Positions 1 to 13,024 of a DNA stretch of 64,000 nucleotides are shown piece after piece. The stretch is from Psammoneis japonica (lineage: Eukaryota), in NCBI GenBank assembly GCA_008632985.1, contig QPGO01000170.1, positions 1-64,000 on the forward strand. The letters are read 5' to 3'. The notes below the pieces were generated by a model, which saw only the letters and a list, made by a program, of their open reading frames with translations, made no database searches and was not told the origin of the DNA. Position 1 is the first letter of the stretch; the number at the start of each line of letters is the position of its first letter. The position numbers and the translations under genes were made by a program.

Positions 1-504
1 ATCCGAAGTCGAATCTGTTTCTGTGACTCCTCAAGCAAACTGGGGAGTGACAGGATTTGAACAGGATTCAGGTGCGCGCGAAGTGTCGCGCGCTGTTTAG
101 TTTGCCGCGCACAGTTTTGTGTGCTTTAGTTCCGCGCGTTCGCACGCGGTGCAGTTTGCTTTCGAGCCACAAGGCTCACAAGAACAATGACAGCAGCCCG
201 ATTGCACCGACTCACACGTCTTCCGGCTCCTGTGACGGTCTCTGAGCAGAGACTCATCTGCCATTTGGACAGCAGTGAGGAGCCATTGTTTGAATTCTTG
301 CCATTTGCCTTCATTTTCTGTCACTTTTCATCACTCGAGAGGCCGATTTTTTGCACAGTTTGGCACAATCAACTCCTTCAATTTTGATCGTTTCGAAAAT
401 CAAAAGGTGAGTGTACACCCGAAAACACATGCAAAGTGTGCACTTGCCCTTCGATTTGGCAAAAAACGGATTTGGAAAAAGCCAATTGCGCCAAATGCAC
501 AAAT

Positions 505-592
505 TTCCAAATGATGGGAATCGAACCCGCGTGGAGCACCTGGAGCTGGAACAGGCCAGCCGCTGCCCCTCAATCCAACCACCACATTTGTC
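505..592 (-). pseudogene. Degenerate tRNA-like sequence (possible tRNA pseudogene or SINE head)
   Basis: Minus strand has a perfect B-box/T-loop GGGTTCGATTCCC and a potential acceptor pairing CAAATG/CATTTG about 87 nt apart; anticodon arm not convincing. Confidence 0.25.
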
Positions 593-739
593 GCTGCTGG
601 AAAAAAGAGTTTGATGAGCACCGCTGCTTGCCAGAAGAAGATGCGAGGCTGGAAGCTTCACACCAATGAGCTGACTTGCATCACTTTGGAAGCAATTGAA
701 AAACATTTGGCAGCTTGTGAGCAACAAGACAATCTGGGA

Positions 740-1135
740 GACGTGTTCCAGCTCTGGGTGGGACCTCGTGCTGCTGAACTGTGACACAATTGTTTTTTGT
801 CATCTGTCGCATGTTTCGCACGCACATTTCTACGTGTTCCATTGTAAAAAATTGTTCCACACTGCCTGTTTTGCGAAGCCAAAGGCTTTCTGTCATCTGC
901 ACTTGCGTCAATGAAAATGCGCTGGGCACATTCTTTAATGTCTAAAGAGTGTGCCCGGGCACACTGTAAAGAATGCACTTCAAGTGTGGAGGAGGAGATG
1001 CGTTCGCAAAATTGCCTCTTTTTCTGTTGGCGATCATTCACACATTCATTGCTTTGCAATTTTGCTGCGGAGCTCGCACGTAGAATTCTGCGGGCCCAAT
1101 GTCACAAAAAGTCCCACCCAGGACTGGAACCCGTC
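740..1135 (+). mobile_element. MITE-like element copy A (about 396 bp, 25-bp imperfect TIRs, 4-bp TSD GGGA)
   Basis: Left end GACGTGTTCCAGCTCTGGGTGGGAC vs reverse complement of right end GACGGGTTCCAGTCCTGGGTGGGAC (22/25); GGGA at 736-739 and 1136-1139. Confidence 0.75.
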
Positions 1136-1159
1136 GGGAGATGATGCATTCGAGAAGCA

Positions 1160-1561
1160 GATGGGGTCCAGTCCTGGGGGTGGGACTCTGTGTGACATTG
1201 GGCCCGCAGAATTCTACGTGCGAGCTCCGCAGTAAATTTGCAAAGCAATGAATGTGTGAATGATCGCCAACAGAAAAAGAGGCAATTTTGCGAACNGCAT
1301 CTCCTCCTTCACACTTGGAGTGCATCATCAACAGTTTGCCCGGGTGTGTTCTACAGACATTAAAGAGTGTGCCCAGAGTGTTTTCATTCTCATGAATGTT
1401 GAAAATAGAAAGCCTTTGGCTTCACAAAATGGGGAGCATGGAACAATTTCGTAGAATGTCACACGCAGAAATCTGCGTGCGCGACATGCGACGCGATCCA
1501 AAAAACTCTTGATGTCACAGTGCAGTGCTACGAGGTCCCACCTCTAGAGCTGGAACACGTC
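1160..1561 (-). mobile_element. MITE-like element copy B, inverted relative to copy A (4-bp TSD AGCA)
   Basis: Reverse-complement homolog of 740-1135; terminal motifs at 1160-1186 and 1535-1561; AGCA at 1156-1159 and 1562-1565. Confidence 0.75.
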
Positions 1562-1673
1562 AGCACAAGTCTGGCACATGAAGCACACTTTGTCATGTCT
1601 TTGCTTTTCTGGTTGTCTGCCACCAGCTCAAAAAATCTGCCACACACTGTGTTTTCATTGTCACTTTTCTTTT

Positions 1674-1832
1674 GCCAAGAGAGGTGTCTGGCAGTGCAGT
1701 GGCACAACAAAGTTGGGCCGTGGCAAAAAAAACAAAAAAAATGCACTCTGTGTGTTTTCCTTGTCAGTTTTCTAGTGCCAAGAGAGGTGTCTGGCAGCAC
1801 AGTGGCACAACAAAGTTGGGCCGCAGCAAAAA
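1674..1832 (+). repeat. Direct duplication of an approximately 57-bp unit
   Basis: GCCAAGAGAGGTGTCTGGCAG(TG/CA)CAGTGGCACAACAAAGTTGGGCCG(TG/CA)GCAAAAAA at about 1675 and 1777. Confidence 0.9.
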
Positions 1833-3814
1833 ACCCAAAAATGCATGGAGCTGCTGATGCTTGAAAAAAAGGAGACATGAAACAAACAAACTTTGGGGCC
1901 CACCCTCAGCATGTGAGGTGCTGCCAGCTGGGGCAGAGAAGCAGAGAACAACAAGCCAGTGCCATGATGTGAGAGTTGTTCTTTGACACGCTGTTTTGTT
2001 TGCCACAGACAAGTTTTGCATGCAGTGTCATGGAAGTGGAGCATTGCAGCAGAGCAAATGATGACACAGCACACATGAAACAAGAGAAATTTTCAGACAC
2101 ATGGCACTTGGTGTGCTTCATGATGCTGCCCTCCTGCCTGTGTTTGAAAATGAACTCTGCACTCAGGATCATCAAGTGCACTTGATGTCTCAATGCATGA
2201 TGACCATGAATCCAGACAACACATGAGATGCTGACAGCTTGCTGGCAGCTCCCAAAAGTCTGCCCGCTCCAAAATCACGTAGATGCCCCGCAGACTTGCA
2301 CTGATTCCTGCCCCAAAAGTCTGCCCTTTTCGCGACGCAGCTTCCACACGATTCTTGTGCCAAGCACATCTCAGGAACCAAGGACTTTTCTGCATGATTT
2401 TGTGTGCAGAATTCATGTGATGGAAACACAATAATTTTTTTTACTTGTTGGAGATTTGTTGCGCACCAAATGTGCCAGATTCTTGCATGCAGACACAAGG
2501 TGCAGATCAGACAAACAAACATGCCATGGGAACTTCCGTGCAATTCTACGCAATCGGGCAGACTTCTGAAGAGGCAGACTTTTGGGAGCTGCCCAGCTTG
2601 GAACAATTTGGGTTAAAACAAGAGCTGGGGACAACAAAGCTGGCTTCTTCTTTGCAGAAGTGTCTTTTTCAAAACTCGTGCTCATTTGCATGGGCTCCAG
2701 TTGCCGCTCTTTTTTGCATGCTGTGCTGCTCCCCATGTGTTGTTGGAAAAGCTCTCTTCTTCCTCCTCTGCTGCTTGCCTCACCACAGACCTCTGTGCTG
2801 TTGAGAGAGAGAGCTCCTGTGTCATGAGCTCTCAGCTGCCCGTTGCTGACTGCGCAAGAGAGCTGAGTTGGGCAGAGCGCGCAAAAAAATTGCCAGCTGC
2901 AACATTTCCCCAAGTTGCAGCAAATTGATGATCCAATGATGGTGATCAACAGTGGCCTCAGTGCACACCAATTGATTGTGGCCTCAGCACACACAAAAAT
3001 GCAGAAAGCAAGGGCGCGCCCCACGAAGATGGCCTCAAATGAGGAAAAAAGCACTGTGCATCAACAAACCCTGTTGGTTGTTCAAGACATAGATCGCCAA
3101 CACTTGCAACAAACTGCATTGAAGACAGCAATGAGAAAACCTCTCTCTTTGTCAATTGGATTGGAACTTGGAAGCATTTGAGATGTTTGGCTTCTTATCT
3201 TGCATTGCATTGTGTGTGTGAGTCGTGAAGTGCCAGTCCGACGTGCGTTGAGCAAAATTTTCAATGTCTGTCTGTCGGTTTCTGAATAGCCGGGACTTGC
3301 TCAATCTTTGGTGGCGTCTCTACGGCTGACTCAACGGACGAGGCTATTCAATGATGTTATTCAAGCTTTTAGACGTTATTTGCATATCATGTTTCTTTCA
3401 AAAGAATAGTATCGATTTGTATGAGCAAGAATCTAATAATGATCTATGAGTACGTATGAGTTCAAAACAAAATATTTGTCCAACGGAAGTATGCATTCAA
3501 AGAGCTCTGAATGTTCTCAAATGCAAATGCAGTGGTCGCCAGGGGTAATAATCATAGAGTGTTTTCGATACCGTCCGAAATATTCGTTGATGCAAGGTTG
3601 AAAACAAATTGCAGAAGTGGTCACACTAATCGTTTTTCACGTGAGCACAACGTGACTTGCCCCAAAAAAATATGAACAACACTCGCATCGCCGCGTTCTT
3701 ATTGCTTCTCACGACCCCAACAAGAAGCTGAGTGAACCGAAACTTGTGTATGCTATGATGGCTGCGAACATCAATTGAGTGTGTTACTCTACTATACCAT
3801 CAGACTTATAGACA

Positions 3815-6800
3815 ATGTCGGGACGTTTTGAAACAACGACGCGTCGGTCATCACGGTTTCGCAGCGCACCTGCGTATGATGATGATTTCTATGCTCAACA
3901 AATATTTCAGGGCAGCAACAGCGGCCGTATGGAACCATCCACGACGACAGAACCACCACCCGGTCCACCCCTCATGTCTCCTGCACCCATGTCGTATATT
4001 GATGTCGGTGAAGAAGAAGCATCGGCCGCATCGAGTTTGTGTGCGTCTCCCAGCATGTATCCACCACGTCGCTCACCTCGCCCCAAAACGGCCTCTGTGA
4101 AAACGGTCAATCGTTATCGTGATTTGAGCCGCAAGGCTCTTCCGACTGAACGAGGACGACTCAAGGTGGTGCGTGCCGAACAAATGCGTCTAGAAGAAGA
4201 AGCACGGCGGCAACGACAAGCTCAGGAAGAATTGCTATTGCAAGAACAACGGGCAGAGTTGGAAAAGCAGCAATTCAAACAGCACGAATTCCAATTGTTG
4301 TCGAATCAATTGAGTCAAATTCTATATTGGTTGACAGAACAAGAGTTTCTCTCGTCAGAGCACCGTCTTGAAAGGGAACGGTTGCAACGGATTCATCAAC
4401 AGGAGCTGGAGCAAGAACGCTTGGAAGCGTGCCGTGCGGATCAAGCGTGTCTAGTACAAACCGTGTCTGCGTATGTGAAATGGCTCGCCGAGCATGAAAT
4501 TTCCCTAAAAGAGCACAGGATGCACGCTAAGGCTATACAAGAGGAGCAGCAGCGTTTCTTGCTGGCCAAGCGTCAAGCGGAAAAGTTTCATGAACAAACC
4601 ATGCTCATTCAAGAAGCTTCCATTCTAGTCTCGTGGTTGCACGAACAAGAAGAGGTTCAGAAGGAAAGGAGACGTATCGTACAGCAAGAGCAAGAGCTTT
4701 TGCAAGAAGAGGAGCAACGTCGAGCCATGGAATATCGATTGGCTGAACAGGAAATGCTTCTTCAAGAAACTTCTATTGTAATGTCGTGGTTGAACGAACA
4801 AGAAGGGTTGCAGAATCAAGCCAGACGCGTGCGACAAGAAGAAGAGCAACGCCGAGAGCTACAAGAGCAGCACCGCCTGCAACAAGAGCAGGAACGTTTA
4901 AAAGAAGAGGAGCAGCGTCGAGCTACGGAATTCCGAGATGCGGAACAACGCTTGCTCGTTCGAGAAACGTCTGTACTGTTGGTTTGGTTGAAACATCAAG
5001 ATCGCAAGATGCAAAGAGAACGACAAGAGGCTGCATTGCTCTTTGCCCAGCGCGAGGCAGAACGCAAGCAATTTGTACTGGAGGAACAGTGTCTACTGTT
5101 GGAACAAACGTCGGCTCTCAACATTTGGCTCACCGAGCAAGAAGTAGTTCAGCAAGAAGCTCGCATCAAACGTGAGGAAGAAGCTCGACTCGCCCAAGCC
5201 GCTCTTGCCCTTGCTGTGCGTCATGTCGAGCAGGAAGAAGCTCGTGCCAGGCAAGCTGAGGAATTGCAGGCACGGCTTACTCTGGAAGCCAAGCGACAAG
5301 CCGAGCAAGAGTTGCTTTTGGAACAAAACGCCACTCTGATGGAGTGGATGACGGAGCAAGAAGCCATTGCGGAAGAATTACGTGAAAACGTACTGGAGGA
5401 AGCAGACGTAGACGAGCACGAGATTGTTGGTGTGGTTACTCCTCCGACGACGCCGTCCAAAGAAACTGACGTTTCAGACATGGGCACAGAAACCGAGGAC
5501 GAGGAGGATATTGTTGGTGTGGTTACTCCTGCGACGACGCCGTCCAAACAAACTGACGTTGAAGACGCGGGCATAGAAACAGAGGAGGAAGAAGATGTTG
5601 TTACTGTCGAAACCCCTCCATCGACACCATCCAGAACTAGTGCTGCAGCTGCAGTTATCGGTGGAGCGGCTGTGGCTGGTGCGGTGGCCGGTGGAGCTGC
5701 ATTGGCAAGTAGCGCCGAGTCTGGTGTAGGCGTGCGCAAAGCCACAATGGCCAATGGCGACGAGCCCAAAGTGGAAAAGCCCAATGATACCCCTGCGACG
5801 GCGGATGCAACGGTATCCGTTGTGTCTGGAGAAGATACAGACGCACTGTTGATTCCTGCAGCCCATTCGTCCGAGAGCGCGATTAGCAATGTATCATCCC
5901 TGTCGTCCACGTCTCAACGTCGGCTTGTGCGTGGTGCGTCTGATGATGGTCCCGTTCCGAGACCCCGAGTGGTGGGACGTCGTACTCAAAGCGCTAGTGG
6001 TGGTGGAATGACCGTCATGGCGAACGGTCGTGTCCGTAGTTCGACCCGATTGACCCGCAATGCTCCGTCGTACAATACACGAAGGGGTTCTAGCATTCGT
6101 GGAATGCAGTCGCCTGGAGTTGTCGCTCCTCCGCCGCAGCCCGCTCCTACCCCCACTAAAGAAGAGCAACAACAACAAGACATGTGGGAAACTGCTAGTA
6201 TCTCATCCGTGGCGTCATCCACGAGCAGCTTGACGTCTTCGATACAGCTGACGAACGTTCCACCAGTGAGGGTGGTGGTGACAAAGGCATCCAAGGATGT
6301 CAGGGCTGGCATTTCCTTCAAGACGAGTAGCGGCAGTACCAGCGTTAGTGTTTCAAAGATTACGGAAGAAGGGTTGTTTGCGAACACGGATCTTAAGATT
6401 GGTTATGACGTGATTTCCATTAATGGCCAAACCGTGGAGGACAAGTCGCTCAGGGAAGTTGCCATGATTATCCGTCAGTCTGAAGGCGATGTGGTTGTAG
6501 TGGCCCAGCCTCCTGCAATTCAGCAACCCACGACGATTGAGTCGTTGGGAACCGCGTGGCCATCAACCGATCCTGGTTATCTCCACGCGGCGAGTGCAGG
6601 TATTTTGTGGCAGACGTTGGTTGGACAGCATGTCCGTTTTCCAAAATCGTGGTGGAAAGGAGCGCGATGCCCCAGCATGGGTGTGGACGAGGTGGTTCCT
6701 ACCAAGAATTTTGCGCGCGCACATTTGTGGAAGTACATTGCGGTCGATCGTGTTCAGAAAGAAGAATTGGTTCAGTACGTTCCGGAACCGTCCTCACAAG

Positions 6801-7379
6801 GACGTATTTTGCTCCATATGGTGATTCGAGATGAGACGTGGAAACCCGTCCAGGACGTGGCGTTTGGATGTTATTATCCAGTTGATGAGTCTGAAAACGA
6901 AAACAACGCTCGAATGTTGTGGATGGCCATTCGGAAGCGTTCCGCGCACACTGTTGAATCGACTTCTTTGATTGATCCCATTTTGGCGTCTGAATGCAAC
7001 ATTGATAGTATCGCATCCAAGTCGCCTTTGGGAGAAAATCGGCGCCTAAAGAACGACCATCTGCGAGCTGTAAGTCGTGTTGTTTTGTTTTTGTTTTTTG
7101 GAAAAGTCAAACGCAGGAGCTGACTTTTTTTTCCTTTTTGTCTTGCAGATCTTTGGAGATGCGCCGCCCGAACGTACGATGTTCATGATGGAGAGTGAAT
7201 TGGTCAAGACTCTCCGCAACTCGATGGATGATGTCTCGTCACCTTTTGTATCAGTAATGTTGCTTGACTTATTTCTGGTACGTAGAGCTGTTGCTGACAT
7301 TATCGAGACGCTATTTCTTTTGTTCCTTCTCTTACACATTGCTTCGCTTCAAACATTTGCGTTTTAGTTTAAGAAATAA
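3815..7379 (+). CDS. Large coiled-coil protein with 7 internal EQxLL..W(L/M)xEQE repeats, a PDZ-like domain and a conserved C-terminal domain of unknown function
   Basis: 1102-aa ORF; PDZ-like segment (AGISF...VSKITEEGLFANTDLKIGYDVISINGQTV); predicted introns 7070-7148 (GTAAGT...TTGCAG) and 7278-7367 (GTACGT...TTTAG), last exon FKK-stop. Confidence 0.85.
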
Positions 7380-7649
7380 GGTAGATGTTGGACGAACGAT
7401 GAAACATGCGTCAACGGCGAAAATGAAGAAGCGTACAGCGCAGTATCTTCTCTATCACAAACGATAGCCTGTGTTTTGTAAACGGAAAAGTAGACGTCAA
7501 AACTTTCTTACTGATTGAATTAACCCTGTCATGTCTATTATATACATGGGCATTTATCTAACGTTGAAAAGGCATCTGTGAACTGTTCACATTATACCCC
7601 GGTAACACACCACTTGAGAGGACTGTCAAGCAGTGTCCAGCATGCAGCC

Positions 7650-9623
7650 TTATCCGAATATGTTCATTGCATGGCACCCTTTGTTAGCAAAGGATGGATA
7701 TTCCCATTGCGGTACCATCACTTCCCCTTCCTCTTTGTTGCTTGACCTTCGTGTTGGATTCACTGTTTTGCGAATCGCCCTTGGTGCTGTGGAGCTTGTT
7801 GGAGCAGCAAACAACATTCCAAACACCGAGGCCTCGACGTCCTTTTTCTGACTCGATTCGGAAGCCGTGCTCAAGTCGTCTACAATGGATCTTTCGCTCC
7901 GGAGTGAATTTCTCTGTCCCAGCTCTGTTTCGGAAGACGAGAGCGATGTGGTATTTAGCGGCGACGGAGGCGCTTCTTTCGGACTCAAAAAACCTTCCTG
8001 AGATATAAAGTCGAGTCCAGAGGTTGCACCACCACTAATCGCGTCATTACCTGGGCTTTCCGATAGCATTTGCGTACTGCTAGTCCTGATGCTTCGTTCG
8101 TGACCGCTCCTCGACATGGAACCACCAGAAATGTACCGATTGACTTGCTCGTACTTTGTAGGCGACTTTTTCTTCTTGCCCAACTGTCCTGGAACAGTAC
8201 AGCGGAGAGACTTGAGCAAACGAACAGAGAGGTTAGAGCTGCTTCTACGCAACCCCACGCCATTGCCGTCGATTTTCTCCTCCTTGTCGTCCTCGTCGTC
8301 TTCAGAACAATTCACATCTTGCTCATCTTGCTCCAATATCAACATCAGAGATTCCTCAGCAGGGTTCCCGTCGTCCAAAGACAGGGATTCTCCGGTCCAA
8401 GCAGCTCACGCGTCCCATTGTCATTTACTACCAGCTTGCTTTGAGAATTGCTGGCCGCAAAGCAATTCACCATTGCAAGTCGACTCGAATGCTTGTTTAC
8501 ACCATCGACCCGACCACTGCGGCGCTGACGAGAAGAACGACCTTGCGTTACGGACGTCATTTTCTCGAGCGTTTCGAAGACGGTTTCCTTCTTTACCAAT
8601 CCCGACGAAAGAACGGGACCCATGAGATCAGACGGCACCATGCAGGAAAGATCAATGTGATCCGATACCAAGGTCTTGGCAATGGTCCGCTTTTCGGAAT
8701 GCGCCCGTGGAACAGCACACTTGCACATTAACAACCTTGGATTGACAGCCAGGCTACCATTGCTATTGTGTTGTTGCTCCTCCACTTCGCGGTCGGCAAT
8801 ACGCCCGGAAGGCATTAGTCCGTCTGTAGTCTCGGACCAAACGTGGACCGCTCCAAACAAGACAATCTCATCACAGTCGACATGATCGTCACATAGGAGC
8901 TCTCGTAACGCATCCACTCCAAGATAGGTAACACCAGGAAGTGTCAACAAGGGTTCCTCCGCACTGTTATTGTCGTCCATGTGCGGAATATTCAACAAAC
9001 ACGCTTCGGGATTTGTCCGAATGGCGTCCAGAGCCATGGCTAGAATACAAACTCCATCCACGGGTTGCAACTCTGGCTCGTTCCCAAACAAACCCAGCGC
9101 TTCGTCATACAAGGCACAAGCCAAGCGCATGTCGTGTTCCAACAAGAGCGCCGACAATTCACACGCCGCTCTTCCAATCCTTCTACTTGTAGTGTTCGGG
9201 CTAAATGACACAACTGAATCATTTCTCGAATACGCACGTGTCGTTCAAAGGCAAATTCCGAAGTCTCCGGTTCATCTTCGGACAAACCAATTTCATTCAT
9301 GAATTCTTCAATATCGTTTGTTTGCAGTGCTCCACAAGCGCCCGTACCGTGGCACCGCTGTAGGAATCAATCTCCACTTGAGTGCATTGCTCATTGCTCA
9401 TGTAGAGTTTCTTGAGGAGAATGGGGGATCGAATGGCCAAGACAAAGCGCGAGGCTGGAATGCAGTCGCCGTCTTGCGCAATCAATAAAATGTCCACGCG
9501 TGACGACGAACCATTGCTACCGCTTTCCGCCAAGCCATTCAACAGCATTGTGTGTGGCGCATCGTCATTGCTTTTCTCCTCCTCCTTCTCCTCCCAAACA
9601 GACGTTTCTTCTTGAGATTTCAT
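7650..9623 (-). CDS. BTB/POZ (plus BACK-like) domain protein, frameshifted in this sequence
   Basis: BTB motif VDILLIAQDGDCIPASRFVLAIRSPILLKKLY...ATVRALVEHC, then LACALYDEA and DEIVLFGAVHVW; continuity needs frame changes near 9320, 9165 and about 8400. Confidence 0.7.
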
Positions 9624-10543
9624 CGTTGTAGGATGTAACGAATGTTTTGTCAACAAGTCTCTCTCCAAAGTTTGCTTTCTATGTATTGCTCTACGCGATA
9701 TAAACACGTTGTTGGCCCTTCGCAAGAAAACTGCGACAGGGTGTAGTTGGAGTCGACGTAAACGTTCTCGGTGGATGCGACTTGTATCATCCAAAGAGAA
9801 GAAGTGAGTGGCTCATTTTTTTGGGCTGTGGGCTTACAAGATTCAAAATCCATTGACATTTATTCAGGGATTTGGAACAATAAACAGCTTGACACACTTT
9901 CTTCTTGGGAAGCTATTTTTATCGTTGAATATAGGAACTTTATGTATTTTGGAATGCAACGGATAACACGTTTAATGTTATCTAGAGAGTCTGGTTATGA
10001 GAATAAAAGGGGGAGAGATCAGTACTGTGTGTTCGGCGTTTTCTTTCGTTTTGCATCCTATCAACAAACAGCATGATTAGCCATTGTTGCTTCCCGTATC
10101 GTCTGAATGCATTTGGTAGCGAAACAATAGAATGTTTGATTGTTCGAGTAGACAACGTTGTCCGATCCAAAAGAGTACGATGTGTTGAGCTCGCACCTCT
10201 ATCATCATGTTGTGTGTGCTGATGGCATGCCACCGCGGCGGCGAGGGACCGGGACTGGGTGATTCATGGTGTAACGGTATTTAATCGAGGACTCCTTCCC
10301 TAAGTACCAGAACGTATATATTTCATAATATGTGTAACGGAAATGTTATTTTGCGACTTCTTCAGAGATCAAGGTGAAGAAAAAGGAAAAGATGATGTGC
10401 TCGCCACATTTTCAGAATTCAAACGATCACCTGCATCCTTGCAGAAAAATCTTGAGAGATAGCCTATCATCCTCAAGACGGACCCGGCACAAGCTACTTT
10501 ACTCCAAACTTTATGGAATGGCAAACGATAGAGAAGAAGAAGG

Positions 10544-13024
10544 ATGTGGAACGGGTCAAGACAAGCTGCTTCTGGTGCAGACAAGGACGAAGAAGAGAGC
10601 GCCGCAACCTTTCTTCCGTCTCGTCTCTTTGAAAAGAAACAAGGACGACAAGATGTGGCATGTTTAGCCAAAATCCGATCTCCTCCGCCACCATCCAATA
10701 CACCGCTCTCTGAATTGGTTTTTCACAAGAATACACTTGTTGAATCATCGTCTCGTGCAAGCCCTTCGCCAAGCAAGCGAACCTTCAAGTCGTCTTCTTT
10801 GAAAACACATCTCTATCGTGATTTGTCGCGATCGGCGCTTCCAACAACACGAGGAAGACAAAAGGTTCTCCTTGACACAAAGCGAACTTCTTGTAGCAAG
10901 ACCCTTCTAGTTGAAACACAACGAGAAACGTCCAACGCAAACATGGCGAATCGTTTTGAGGAAGATGTACGCATTGTGCGAGACTACCACAAGGCGCGGG
11001 AACAGCGACTGTTGCTGGATCAAACGACTCGACTTGTCTCTTGGCTGTACATGCAAGACAAGCATCAAGACGAGGAGTCAGCGGTTAGGGATTTTAAAGA
11101 CCGTCAACATGTTGTTGCCCCTTTCGACGACTTGCCTGCTCTTCCCGACACGAGTTCTTGGGCAGTGCAAGGGGATACTGAATATCCCCTCAACGAGGAA
11201 GATCAAGAGAATTGCAAACAGAATGTCGCCGCTCCACATGCCCCCCAAGAGAACCAAGCTGCAAGAGAGCAGTCCCTCCTAACCACCGAGACCCTTCGTT
11301 TGGTTTCTTGGCTTTCAGAGCAAGAGCGCTTGCGTCAATCTACTCTTGCGACCAAGGAAGAGCCCAATGAAGAGATCCTACGCGAGAAATTGTCTACACA
11401 GTCCGGGACCTCTTTCAAGACAAAAGCGAGGGCTGACGCCGACAAAGATACTGCAATCACTAAAGCAGCACAGTCTCGTGTTTCCCAAGGTACTTTCTTG
11501 GTCGTAGGAAGAGACCCGCCCAACACTCCGACTTATCGCAAGGGCAATATTTGTACTTCTGCTGAAGAGGTGACTGTATTTGTAACTCCATCTACTACAT
11601 CTTATCAAGGAGGACAACAAACGGAGCCACTTACCCTCAATACACGCGGGAGAGTGACTTGTTCCCCGCTCACGGTGACACCTGCGGCCATGACCCCTAC
11701 GGCTCCGAATGCGGATGTGTTCAAACATGTCGTCACACCAAGAAGTCTATCGAGTCAGCTGGCTCTACCAGATGAGACTCAAAGACCATTGGTTCAACCG
11801 AGCGATGAACCTCCTATAAGCGCGACAGATCGGATATACGGATTATCTTCAACATCATGTAACACATCTCGCAACCGATGTCTACCGATATTGTCAACCG
11901 CGGGTAGAGATTTGGGTGGAATGTACGTTGTGACTCCGCAAGTAATAAGTGCAAACGGCGTCCAATACAAATGCAGCGGCAAGGTGGTCAATAGACGACC
12001 AACGCGTATGATCCGTAACAACCAGGAGCGTAGAAGTCGTGGGAGTCTTCAGCATCCACGCGGGCGGATGGTAGTATCATCACGACGAGCAGACCATCAC
12101 AGTGTGGATCTCGACGAGACAGATGGCAACAGTTCAGACTGTACCTGCGTGTCGGGGATGGAAGGTCCTCGGGTCGTCAACAAGGATCGCTTTTGTGTTC
12201 CGTCTAGTAGCGCTGTTTTTCCACAGAACGATGAAGCATATCTTCATGCTTTGAAGGCAGGTACATGCTGGCAGACTTTGATTGGGCAACACGTTTGTTT
12301 TCCAAAAACTTGGTGGAACGGAGCAAGAGTGCCCGAGATGGGAGCAGATAATTTTCTGCCAGACGGGACAATACCACAACACTATCAATGGAAGTACATC
12401 TCGTTGGATCCATGCTCGAATCCTGCCCTCGCTTCCCTTGTGAGTGATCCCAGCTCAAAGGGAAGGCTTCTTCTCCATATCATCGTTCGAGACGAAATGT
12501 GGAAGCCAGTGCAAGACATTGTGATTGGCTGCTACTATCCTCGATGCCCCCTTAATACTACCGGATTGGCCACTGAGAAAGGGAACGTGCGTTTAGTGTG
12601 GATGGGTATTCGTAACAGATCGGATCATGTGAAAACATCTAGTAGGGCCGCCATCGATTCCATCCTTGTCAGCGACGACGATGAAGACTTGGAATGCAGT
12701 ACACTGCTCTCGCCGCTGGGCAATGGTCGTCCATTGGACAACAGTGATTTGCGTCCGGTAAGACAAAATCTTCGTATTGAATCTTTGTTCATATGTGCTT
12801 CTGTATGTCGAGCTTGAGGCATTATACTCAACTTTTTGTTACTTGGGCAGGTGTTTGGTGATGAGCCACCAAAAGAGACTTTGTTCATTCTCGAGAGTGA
12901 GTTGGCAAAACGAGTTCAAAGCGCTCGAAAATCGTCTCGCATATCTACTATTTCGATCTGCCTGCTGGAATTGTTTTTGGACAGTTCCTCTAGGACACGT
13001 GGAGCTTGTCATGGTAGCTTGTGA
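10544..13024 (+). CDS. Paralog of the 3815-7379 gene (2 W-repeats, same C-terminal domain, no PDZ)
   Basis: Shared YRDLSRxALPTxRGR and YLHAxxAGxxWQTLxGQHVxFPKxWW...RDExWKPVQD motifs; intron 12758-12850 (GTAAG...GGCAG) at the same position as in the paralog. Confidence 0.85.

Larger units (their letters stand above)
1..3240. other. TpA-depleted, TG/CA-rich repeat-derived block
   Basis: Few TA dinucleotides; overlapping Cys/His-rich, Tyr-poor spurious ORFs; contains a MITE-like pair and tandem duplications; normal TA content resumes at about 3280. Confidence 0.85.

Noticed and set aside
11..70. Short hairpin CTGTGACTCC...GGAGTGACAG
   Set aside because: Imperfect, at the window edge, with no context to assign as an element end or terminator.
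740..1561. Foldback as a chimeric-read artefact
   Set aside because: The arms are diverged and each has its own TSD, which an artefact would not produce; read confirmation is still advisable.
5221..6387. Antisense ORFs over the first gene (and over the ATPase, Pro/Thr protein and BUB1)
   Set aside because: Shadow frames of real coding sequence.
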